Shown: positions 12,465 to 22,900 of the stretch, piece after piece | Layout of the letters: every line of letters starts with the position of its first letter | How positions within the stretch are numbered: the first letter of the stretch is position 1 | Assembly (NCBI RefSeq): GCF_021917145.1 | Contig: NC_061076.1 | Span: 12,968,768-13,032,767, forward strand | Origin: Hypomesus transpacificus | Taxonomy: Eukaryota | Length of the DNA: 64,000 nt | Direction of reading: 5' to 3' | Notes under the pieces: model-generated | The model's database searches: none | The model's input: only the letters and a program-made list of their open reading frames with translations | Told to the model about the DNA's origin: nothing | Position numbers and translations under genes: made by a program

Positions 12465-12600
12465 TGGCACTGGCACGTACCACCATATATCTATGCGTAC
12501 CACTAGCCACTGTCACATGCCAGTGGAGGCACTGGCATGTACCACTAGCTACTGTCGCATACCACTCGCTCCACTGTCACGTACCACTCGCTACAGTACA
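12465..12600 (+). repeat. Minisatellite, same ~26-bp unit
   Basis: Produces the overlapping ORFs 12358-12646 with the peptide periodicity 'HVPLATV'. Confidence 0.7.
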
Positions 12601-12837
12601 GTACAGTTTCGGTTCTAACCGCTACTGCCTGACATTTCTGGTGTAGAATGGAGAGAAATTCAACATTGTGCACACTGCCAGTGAGCGAGTCTGACTGAGG
12701 CTAACGTCAAAACAGTGTAACGGGGACGCAGTCTCACTCAGATTGCCAGTTTAAACAAATCAGAAAAATTATCGGACTAGCTGTATGGGGTTCCATTTGT
12801 GCCAAAAAAGTTGAAGCTTTTGTACAATGGATCTTGG

Positions 12838-13135
12838 CGATTGCTTTGCCCTCAGTCGTTTACTTCGCAGCAGTTCTTGTGATTTGCAGCGTACCATTTG
12901 TGCCAAAAATAAGTAAACAAGATAATAAAAATAAGATGTTGCGTTTACGATGTGCCACTTCACCTGTCGTTTGCTGTGGTCGTTGCTTTTTTCTTTGGCT
13001 ATTGCTTTGCTCTCAGTCGTTTACTTTGCAGCGTTGCGTTTACAATGTTCCACTTCACCTGTCGTTTGCTGTGGTCGTTGCGTTTGTCTTTGCATCTTGA
13101 CAATCACGTGGATCTTTGCAGTTACTTGCAGTTAC
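12838..13135 (+). repeat. ~115-bp tandem repeat (about 2.5 copies), forming the outer part of the left palindrome arm
   Basis: 'attgctttgc.ctcagtcgtttact.cgcagc...ccacttcacctgtcgtttgctgtggtcgttgc' repeats. The reverse complement appears at 16590-16745. Confidence 0.7.
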
Positions 13136-13143
13136 GTAGTTAC

Positions 13144-13888
13144 TAGTGCTGTCAAACGATTAAAATATTTAATCGCGATTAATCGCATTAATGTCATAGT
13201 TAACTCGCGATTAATCAATTAATCGCACATTTTTATCTATTCTAAATGTCCCTTGATTTCTTTTTGTCCCATTCTTTTTTCAAATTTTAAAGCTCTTATC
13301 AACATGGAAAAGTGGTTCGGATTGCTTCGTGCAAATGTTTTTTTTTTAAAACAACATTGCAATCACCTGGCTTTGACGAGGGGGCGGAGAATTCGCATGA
13401 ATCGCATCAGCTGTGTGCTTGGCCATCAAGTGGTATTTCAGACTGGACGTGCTGCAATGATAGCTCAGTTAACAACGACAAAACACACAGATCACTTTGG
13501 TCTTGTCAATGGAACCATTTGGCAACTTTTTAAAAGTAAACTTTCCATTCAGAATCTTATTGGCATCCATTTCGGCGTCTCGCGCTCGCCATCCACTCAA
13601 AACGTAACGTTAGCCTACTACCAGAGAAAACGGGCTCTGCTACTACTCTTTAGCCGGCTCGCAAGCCAAACAAGTGTGTGTGGCGTGCCTGTTGTTTTAT
13701 TTCCGGTCTAGCTAGATCCAGTGTGGTGTTGTAGTCTTTCTAACGTCGGTAATTGTTGCAACAGTATGTGAAAAAAACTACAAAGTTTGTTAGGCCAAAA
13801 AGAGCGTTAATCGCGCGATAAAAAAATGTACGCCGTTAATTTGGGTTTGCGTTAACGCCGTTAATAACGCGTTAAACTGACAGCACTA
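13144..13888. mobile_element. hAT-like non-autonomous element (745 bp) with a perfect 8-bp TSD 'gtagttac'
   Basis: TSD at 13136-13143 and 13889-13896. The termini 'tagtgctgtcaaacgattaa...ttaaactgacagcacta' are inverted and carry subterminal 'taatcgcgattaatcg' repeats. The element is absent from the opposite palindrome arm (16545-16575). Confidence 0.75.
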
Positions 13889-14739
13889 GTAGTTACGTAC
13901 ATTTGTTTGCAGCGCAAAAACTATTTTTTATGTAGATTTTATTTGTCTAAGCCTCCAATCATCAAAACGAATTTTAGGGTATAATATAACCACCCCAAAA
14001 TAACCAGACGGCTGATGGATAATGTATGTGTTATGTATCATGTTACGTTGTTAGGTTCACACAGCCTACAGTCCTTATGTCAAGTTTTCAAAATGTCATG
14101 TTTCAGACTCATCTTAATATACCCTCAATTCATTTGTGAATATTTCAACAATTACACACAATACACAACAATAAACTATAAAAAAAACATGACTTAAAAA
14201 AATATACAGACAGAATATAAAGACAACCTGCCAGCTCCTAACACATAAATGATCCTTACCTTTGTATTTGATATTAGTTTTATTTTATACTCAAGAGGTA
14301 ACTGCATAATTGAAACACTATTTGACTCAACAGTCAAAGTTTTTATTACAGCAAAACCATCCAAATCTAAACAGCTTTCAAATACTATGTTACATACTCA
14401 CTTAACATACCTTTTTTTATTATAATAAAATATGTTAAAAACAACAAAATTGTGACCCTAACTAAAAAAAATCCACAACTGTGGATTGAAGGGCAAATAA
14501 TGGGTTGTAATCCAGTTTGTGTACCCACAAATAATGCTGGTAATGCTGAAAATTATATAATTTTTTCTGCATCCTTTGTTGATCTTTAGAAGCAAGATGG
14601 AATTAGACATAATTATCTAGACTTTGGACAAAAGTGTGTGGCCATTAATACAGAGCTGAAGTGAAACAACACTACTGGCCTGCACAGAGCCCCAACCTCA
14701 ACACCACAACCTTTGGGATGAATATGGCAGGTCTCATCA

Positions 14740-15530
14740 GTGCACGACTACACTAATGCTGTTCTGGCTGAATGAAAGCATATCCCATAGGGAGGGAGCT
14801 GATGTTCAGTTCCCTCTAAAGGTCCTGGGAAAGGATAGTGCCCAGGAAGCGGAAAGACTCCACAGTGGTGACTAGGGAGTCGGACAGGGTGATGGGGGTG
14901 AGTGGGGCTATATTCTTCTGAAGTCCACAACCATCTCGACTGCCTTAAGAGCATTGAGCTCTAAGTTGTTCGGGCTACACCAGGTCACCAAGTTGTCAGC
15001 TTCCCACCTATAATCAGACTTGTCCCCACCAGAGATGAGCCCAATGAGGGTGGTGTCGTACGCAAACTTCAGGAGTTTGACGGACGGATGACTGGAGGTG
15101 CAGCTGTTGGTGTACAGGGAGAAGAACAGAAGGGAGAGGACGCAGCCCTGAGGAGATCCGGTGCCGATGGACCGGGAGTCAAAGACTTGTGTTCCCAGCT
15201 TAACGCACTGCTTCCTGTCAGACAGGAAGTCTGTGATCCACCTGCAGGTGGAGTCGGTCACTTTCAGCTGGGAGAGCTTGTCCTGAAGCAGGGCGGGGAT
15301 GATGATGTTGAAGGCAGAGCTGAAGTCCACAAACAGGATCCTGGCGTAGGATACTGGGGAGTCCAGATGTTGGAGGGTGAAGTGGAGGGCCATGTTGACT
15401 GCGTTGTCTACAACACTGTTGGCTCTATAGGCAAACTTCAGGGGGTCCAGTAGAGGGTCTGTGATGGATTTGAGGTGTGCCAGCACCAGGCGCTCGAAAG
15501 ACTTCATTGCCACAGTAGTGGCAATGGAGG
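14740..15530 (-). pseudogene. L2/CR1-type LINE reverse-transcriptase fragment
   Basis: ORF 14908-15513 (-) contains FAYRANSVVDNAVNMAL...ILFVDFSSAFNII...GSPQGCVLSLLFFSLYTN...FAYDTTLIG, which are RT motifs. Confidence 0.65.
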
Positions 15531-16074
15531 AAACCAGAACTATAGTTTATAAATCTGCAATGATTCTGTGTTCTAGAAGCAACCAGGGCAAGTGCTGCTC
15601 CCCCCAAGACAATGACACAGTCAGCCAAAAAGAGCCACAGAACCTGGACTTCCAGTTCCTTCTCTCCTGCCACAGGATTATTTGACAATAATCAAATTGT
15701 TATTCAAAACATGTATTTGAATCATTGTTTACCTCAAATACTGTTAATGGAATGTTTCAGTAAAGCCGAACTACCAAGTAAAGCAGGCGATCAGGATGAA
15801 TACTGACCGTCATCCTCTTATAGTTTATTAACAGATTTTATTAAAATAAAAAAGGTATGTTAAGTGAGTGTGTTGTATGTTTAACATAAAATCAACTGAC
15901 TGTTGAGTCAAATAGTGTTTCAATTATGCAGTTACCTTTGAATATAAAATAAAACTAATATCAGATATCAACTAATAAAATGGTAAGGATCATTTATGCG
16001 TTAGGAGCTGGCAGATTGTTTTATAATCTGTCGGGATACTTATGTAAATAGATTTTTCAGTCATATTTATATTT

Positions 16075-16255
16075 ATTAGACGCTCTTATGAGCGATTTAC
16101 AGTAAGTACAGGGACATTCCCCTGAGGAAAGTAGGGTGAAGTGCCTTGCCCTAGGACACAACGTCAAATGCCTGGCCAGGAATCGAACCAGCAACCTTCA
16201 GATTAATAACCAGACTCCCTAACCGCTCAGCCATCTGACCCCCACTATAGGCTAC
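16075..16255 (-). mobile_element. tRNA-derived SINE (HpaI-like tail), inserted in the right palindrome arm
   Basis: Reverse complement of 'gctgagcggttagggagtctggttattaatctgaaggttgctggttcgattcctggccaggcatttgacgttgtgtcctagggcaaggcacttcaccctactt...ctgtaaatcgctcataagagcgtc'. Homologous copies at 25065, 33810 and 44540. Confidence 0.7.
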
Positions 16256-16744
16256 TATTTATAAAACACTCCAAAATTTATTGTTCTGTATTGTGCGTAA
16301 TTGTTGAGGTATTCACAAATGAATTGAGTCAATTTTAAGATGAGTCTGAAACATAACATTTTGAAAACTTGACATAAGCACTGTAGCCTAGGTTGTGTGT
16401 AAGCCACATAACAATGTAACACATACATTATCCAGCTATCTGGTGATTTTATACTCTTAAAATTCGTTTTTTATGATTGGAGGCTAAGACAATTAAATCT
16501 AAATAAAAAAGTTTTAGCGCTGCAAACCAATGAAATCGGCAGCGGGAGAAATCTGATTTAAAGGCAGCAGTTAGGCTACGTAACTGCAAAGATCCACGTG
16601 ATCGTCAAGATGCAACGACCACAGCAAATGACAGGTGAAGTGGAACATTGTAAACGCAACGCTGCAAAGTAAACGACTGACACCAAAGCAATAGCCAAAG
16701 ACAAAAGCAACGACCACAGCAAACGACAGGTGAAGTGGCACTCA

Positions 16745-16880
16745 CTCCTCAAGTATGTAACAGGCCACCCGCGTCAACGAATTGCTAGCTTTTCATTGGC
16801 GTAGTTGGTAGTTGGTAGACTCCTGGTTCGAGCGGATAGTGCTTCTGACGGAACTTGCAAGAGTACGTCTGTTACAAGTG
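16745..16880 (+). repeat. Repeat family D ('cactcctcaagtatgtaacaggccacccgcgtcaa...ctgacggaacttgcaa...gtctgttacac')
   Basis: Homologous to 59580-59760, and to the palindromic pair at 59250-59510. Confidence 0.6.
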
Positions 16881-18474
16881 CGTAACACTACTTGCTTTGG
16901 AGATATCGATAAGTGCTAGATGACGTATCCGTAACCAAGTGGTGTCCCATTTCTTAGGGATATGTAGCCCATACTCCTCAGTTTCGAGGGCCAAGGGCTA
17001 GGGGTAAACTAAGGGCTGGGTGTAAGGGGGAGTATTGGGATTGGCCCTTATTCTTCTCCTCTCCTCTACTACCTCTACAAAGCTACTAAAGTGTACAACA
17101 TCAGTGAGATGAAACAAGTCCTGGGTAGTGTTCCCAGATGCTGTTTATTCACGCCTGATACAATTTCAGGCATTTTTTGTGTTGGCAAACAGACACCATT
17201 CCAGAAACTTATGAATGGTGAATCAACCATCCAGTTCTGTGCATGCAAATGTGTTTTCTCCTCACACATCAAGCAAGGAATGTCTTAGAGGACCATGGGA
17301 CCAAGGCAATGGCAGTGTTTGGCGGAAAGAGTACCGATTGACTTGCCTCTTTGCGCTTCAACCTTTTTAGAAAGAAAATCGGTACTGCCAAATCATTTGT
17401 TACCCCACAACGTCTGCCTCTAACTGAGTCCTCAACCAAATACCACTGCCAAAGAGTTTACTTCCAGATCATGGTGTGGATTGGAAAGATGGCAGCCCTG
17501 TTTTGTACTTACTTTCGCATAAATATGCTTGTAACTAATTGCTGTAATATATAATTGTACTTGTAATCACTTATTTATCATGCAAATATGATTGTAAGAG
17601 CCAATTCAATGTTTTGTGTAAATTGCCTGCTATTTTTGTTTCTTAATAATTACAGGTTTACAGTGTGATTGGTGTTTGTTTCTTGGATATGTACAAGGTG
17701 TATATTATTTGATTTATTCCATTTATTTTGTACTATTAAATGTTTTGTATGCATGCGGCGAGCCTGCGCAGTTCTGCCTGGCCACGCCCACAGGAGAAAG
17801 AGTAGTAAGAAAGTCCATGAGGCTGTAAGGTAATGGAGGCAAGCAGCATAAAAGAAGAAATATTTATTTTACCGTTTTTGAAAGCACTAAAAGATGTAAG
17901 TTTTTTGCATTTAAGTTTTGGGGCAATAAAACTTGTACTCTACGTTTTTAAGATTTTCTGGTTTAGTATTTTTTCTACGCATCCGATTCTTATCTTTTGC
18001 ACCTCCAAGGAATGCGAGTTTGGACTTTGCTCCTATATTTAGTAAAATAAATCTTCTTTTTTGTTGTTTATTGAAAATCTCGTTTTATTTTTATTTTTGG
18101 TAACACGAGAAAGATTAGCTAACTAGATGCTACGTATCCGTGGGGAGAATTTCTGGCCGCGGAGATATTTTCGATTTTTAAGCCTGGAACATGATCATCG
18201 GTCAATTTTGTTGAAGGACAATCTTTGAGTGGACTTTAGTAACTTTTCCATGCTTTTTGATGGATTTTCAACCATTTCAGACTTGTTTTGAGTTGGACAC
18301 GCTAGCTACGTGTAGTTAGCTTATGCTAACACAAGAGAATGTTTCTTGCGCCTGATTAGTTCAAGTCTTTTATTTGTCAGGTACACAGAACAACACAAGG
18401 TCAGACTGGGCACTGAAATTCTTAAGACAAGACAACGCAAGCATCTGGCTTAATTTACATCTATGCTGAGCTTA

Positions 18475-18620
18475 AATAAGTGAAACTTCCTAAATATACA
18501 GATAGCAATAAATAATCAACTATACTAACCCTAATACTAAAACTCCCTAAATATACAGACAACAATAAATAATACACTATACAAACCCTAAATGCACATA
18601 ACACCTATAACAACCCAATA
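18475..18620. repeat. Minisatellite tail of the L2 element ('ctaaatatacaga.a.caataaataat..actata..aaccctaat')
   Basis: Degenerate tandem units lie immediately 3' of the LINE ORF end (- strand). Confidence 0.6.
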
Positions 18621-19970
18621 ACCTATTCTAACCTAGGTGGAGTACAGTACAATAGTGCAAAATTGCAGATCAGTGACCATGTCAATGACCATACAGGAGC
18701 CTGATGGCTAAGTACAGTGAGGTACAGTAGTGCAATGTTACTGATAGTGCAACCAGTACTGAAAGTGACAGTGTATAAGTGACTAGTGTGCAGTGAATCA
18801 ATGTCCATATCAGTGTCCATTCAGAAGCCTGATGGCCCTTGGGTAGAAACTGTTGTCCAGTCTGCGTGTGCATGACCGGATGCTGCGGTAACGGCTGCCA
18901 GACGGAAACGGGGTAAAGAGACTGAAGGATGGGTGGTAACAGTCTCTTAGAATCCTGCCGGCTTTCCTGAGGCAACGTGTGTGGTAGGTGTCCTGTAGGG
19001 CTGGGAGCTTCCTGCCGATGATGAACTCAGCAGAACGGACCACACTTCGTAGGGCCTTGCGGTCCCTGTCTATGGAGCTCCCATACCACACTGTAATAGA
19101 GCCAGTCAGAATGCTCTCTATAGTGCATCTGTAAAAGTTAGTGAGGATGGCTGATTCCATACCAAACTTCTTCAGTCTCCTCAGAGGCGTTTACGGGCCG
19201 CTTTGACCACCTTGTCCATGTGAACAGACCAGGTGAGGTCGTTGCTGATGTTCACCCCAAGGAACTTGAAGCAGCTGACCTTCTCCACTTCAGACCCGTA
19301 GATGAGTAGGGGTGCATGCTCCTCCTCCTGCCGCCTCCTATAGTCCACAATCATCTCCTTGGTCTTGCTGATGTTGAGAGAGAGGTTATTGTCCTGGCAC
19401 CTTGATGTCAGGGTGTCAACCTCCTCTCTGTAGGCTGACTCGTCACTGTCAGAGATGAGGCCCACGATGGTTGTGTCGTCAGCAAACTTAACAAGGAGGT
19501 TGGAGCTGTGCATTGCCGCACAGTTGTGAGTGAACAAGGCGAACAGGAGAGGGCTGAGCACACAGCCCTGGTGGGTGCCTGTGTTGGTGATCAGTACGGA
19601 TGAGGTGCGGTCACCGATCCTCACCACCTGTGGTCTCCCCGTCAGGAAGTGGAAGATCCACTTGCAGAGGGAGATGCTTAATCCCAGGTCCACAAGCTTG
19701 GAGGCCAGTCTGGAGGGGATGATGGTGTTGAATGCTGAGCTGTAGTCAATGAACAGCATCCTCACATACGTATTCCCTTTGTCCAGGTGGGAGAGAGTGG
19801 TGTGCATAGTCAGAGCGATGGCATCGTCTGTAGACCTGTTGGACCGGTATGCAAACTGCATAGGGTCCAGGGTGGGGGGCAGCGAGGAGCAGATGAATGA
19901 TTTGACTAGCCGCTCAAAGCTCTTCATGATGACAGAGGTCAGTGCTATCGGGCGATAGTCGTTCAAACAT
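18620..19970 (-). mobile_element. L2-clade LINE, 5'-truncated, carrying the RT domain and the ORF2 C-terminus
   Basis: ORF 19181-19966 (-) has [18 protein letters not shown]...[13 protein letters not shown]...[12 protein letters not shown]...[11 protein letters not shown]...[12 protein letters not shown] 18810-19160 (-) has the L2-typical C-terminal 'LRSVVRSAEFIIG..LP.LQD.Y..RC..KA.RI..D..HP...LF...PSG.RYRSI...T.RL.NSF.P.AIRLLN'. Confidence 0.8.
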
Positions 19971-19989
19971 GTGACCTTGATTAGGCACG

Positions 19990-22900
19990 CGCTGCAAGCA
20001 TGTACAATAATATGGAGCCAGAGAATGGGAAAGCTGCTTCAAAAAGAGTGCCAAAGATGACTGTCAAAGCCCAAGAGGAACGGCTAAACCAGTTAATAGG
20101 AACTCGGAGAGCCAAGTTGGGACATTTGACTAGGCAAATGCGCGAAATCGAAGCCTTATTAGGGGACTCTGGTAATGTGAGCAATGTCTATGAATGTATA
20201 ACTGGTGAGTTTGCACGGTCCTTTGTTGTGTTCCAAGACATTAATAGTGCGGCTAAAGATCTGATGTCTGAACATGACGTATATTTAGATCAGTTAAAGT
20301 GGTTCGAACCTAAAGCACAAGCAGTTGAGCATTTTGTGGATAAGTTTAAGGATTGGATCGAAAGAGTAAAGCTTCAACCTGGCGAAGCTGAACAATGTGA
20401 CGCTGAGATTGAATGCGACGATAGTGTTTCTAGGATACTCTTGTACTCTCAAATATCCCTCTGTAGGAAAGCATCCGTTAGTAGTCAAATAGGGTAAAAT
20501 GTTTCATCTACAACTTCCGCTAGACTAAAGGTTGAAACTGAAAGAGCGGACTTGTTAGCAAGAGCTAGTACTCTGAAGCAAAAACAAGAGCTTGAGTTAG
20601 AAGAAGCAGTGCCCAGTGCAAAGAGAGAAAACTTGGAGCTTCAAACAGCTATAGCCGCGGCCGAAGCCAAGCTTCAGGTGTTGTCAACGTATGAAACAGT
20701 AACAAGCGGTTCAGTTGTTGATCGTGCGTCAAACACTGCTGTAATCTTAGATACGCGCAGTAAAACAGAGAAAAAGGTCGAAACTGCATTGGGTGATGTA
20801 GTTATTCCAAAATCGTTTTATAGTGATGCTCCAACTGATGCTGGTATGTTTACAAAGCATGCTCGTGTTCAACAAGGGTTTGATAATGTTCAACAGTCTA
20901 TGTCTGATGCAAATGCCCCAACACAGGTTGAAGCAGGAAGTCTGTTCAGCATCATGCAACGTCAAAATGACATAGCTGAGTTTCTGATAAAACAACAGTC
21001 TTTATCTGCTCTCCCATCTATGAACATCCCAGTCTATAGTGGCGATCCGCTCTAATTTATCTTTTTTATCCGAGCATTTGAGCATGGGGTAGAGAGTAAA
21101 ACTCAGAATGACAGAGATAGGTTGTATTTCTTAAAGCAGTTTACTCAGGGGCAACCTAAACTACTTGTACGCAGTTGTCAGCACATGCCTTTTGACAGAG
21201 GCTACAAAGAGGCCCAGAAACTGCTCTACCAACATTTTGGTAACGAGTTCACCATAGCTACTGCATATAAAAACGCTTTTGCAACCAGTGCAATCGTGGT
21301 TCCAGAGTCTAAGAAACAAATAGCACAAAAGGGGACTGCAGTTCCCAGTAAGTTGTGTCCGTGCTGTAGCAATGAGCATAGCTTAGAATTTTGTGACATT
21401 CTGAAACATAAACCACACAATGATAAGCTCTTTCTCAAGAGTAAAGGGTTGTGCTATGGTTGCTTGGTACCAGGACATCTGAGCAAGGCTGTTTACAGAG
21501 ACTTACTTGTCAGACATGTACGCTGAAGCATCCAACTGTGCTTCATATAACAGATAAGAGCTCTTTAACCCCTCATAGTCATAAAAAGTTCTCAGCTGAT
21601 GCAGGTCAAATGTCACAAGTGATGAAACGTGTGGCATTACTGGGGCTGGTCAATTGACATGCGCTCTTGCCATTGTGCCAGTCAGAGTTTAGTCAAAAAA
21701 GAGTAGTCAAGAAGTGAAGACTTATGCATTCTTGGACACAGGTAGTTCAGCCACTTTCTGCACTGAGCAGTTAATGAATGAGCTGAAACTTACTGGCAAA
21801 AGGTCAAACATTGTGCTACGTACAATGGGTCAGGAGAGGTCTGTTGGTATGTGCGTTCTCACTGATCTCGAGATAAGTGGTCTGAACGGGAATCAGTTTG
21901 TTGATCTTCCTAAAGTTTTTTCTCAAAAAGAAATACCTGTTAGAAGAGAGAATATCCCGCAACAATGTGATGTCAAAAGGTGGAAATACTTCAAGGAGGT
22001 AAATCTCCCTCAAATTGATGCAGAAGTTGGGTTGTTAATAGGGACAAAAATACCCAAGGCACTTGAGCCATAGAGAATCATCAGTAGCCAAGGAGATGGG
22101 CCTTACACCGTCAAGACAATCTTAGTTTGGGTCGTTCACGGACCTTTGGTTAGAGAAGGCATTCAGAAGCGCCACTGGTGATGGCCAATAGAATTTCTGT
22201 TGTAATCTTAGAGAATCTCACCCAGCAGCAACTGAAGTATGACTTTCCTGAATGTCAGCAGGCTGAAAGATCGGAAATGTCCATAGAGGATAGACAGTTA
22301 ATAAAGTCTGTTATTCTCAGTTAATAAAGTCTCTCAATCCACAAAGCTTGATGGTCACTACTGCATTGACTTTCCACTAAAGAGAAAAGATGCAGTGTTT
22401 CCCAACAACCGTGAAGTTGCCGTGCAGCGTGCTCATTTTCTAATGAAGAAATTCAAAAGAAATTAGGGTTTCCATCAGGAGTATAGCAACTTCATAAATG
22501 ACATGTTAAAAAAGGGTCATGCAGAGAAAATTGATGATGGTGAGGTTAAAGGTATCCCTGGTAGAACCTGGTACCTTCCTCATCATGGGGTGTACCATCC
22601 CCAGAAGCACAAACTTTAAGTGGTGTTTGATTGTGCGGCTGCTTATCAAGGAAAATCTCTTAACTCTCAGCTGTTGCAGGGACCTGATTTGAACAACTCT
22701 TTTGTTGATGTGTTAATTAGGTTAAAACTAGAGCCGGTTGCTTTTGCAGCAGACGTAGAAGGGATGTTTCATCAGGTTAGGGTTCCAGCTAAAGACACAG
22801 ACCTGCTGAGATGTCTGTGGTGGCAGGAAGAGGCTGCACTGAATGTAGAGGAATATAGGATGACCGTTCATATTTTCGGTGCCACGTTGTCTCCAAGTTG

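Larger units (their letters stand above)
12838..16745. repeat. Large inverted repeat (palindrome): left arm 12838-14420, right arm 15835-16745
   Basis: Segments 12838-13135 and 13897-14420 are the reverse complements of 16555-16745 and 15835-16510. The left arm is interrupted by a hAT MITE and the right arm by a SINE. The centre at 14420-15835 holds an L2-like RT fragment. Confidence 0.7.

Noticed and set aside
13253-13711. 152-aa ORF inside the 745-bp hAT MITE
   Set aside because: It has no transposase-like motifs and the element is far too small to be autonomous. I treat it as a chance ORF.
15088-15688. ORFs 15088-15453 (+), 15425-15688 (-) and 15461-15685 (+)
   Set aside because: They are antisense to, or read-through of, the L2 RT fragment on the - strand. 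Gly- and Val-rich peptides are typical of antisense RT frames.
16800-16840. tRNA-like stretches ('ggcgtagttggtag...tggttcgagcgg') in repeat family D
   Set aside because: I could not fold them into a cloverleaf with canonical stems. More likely a tRNA-derived SINE remnant than a tRNA gene.
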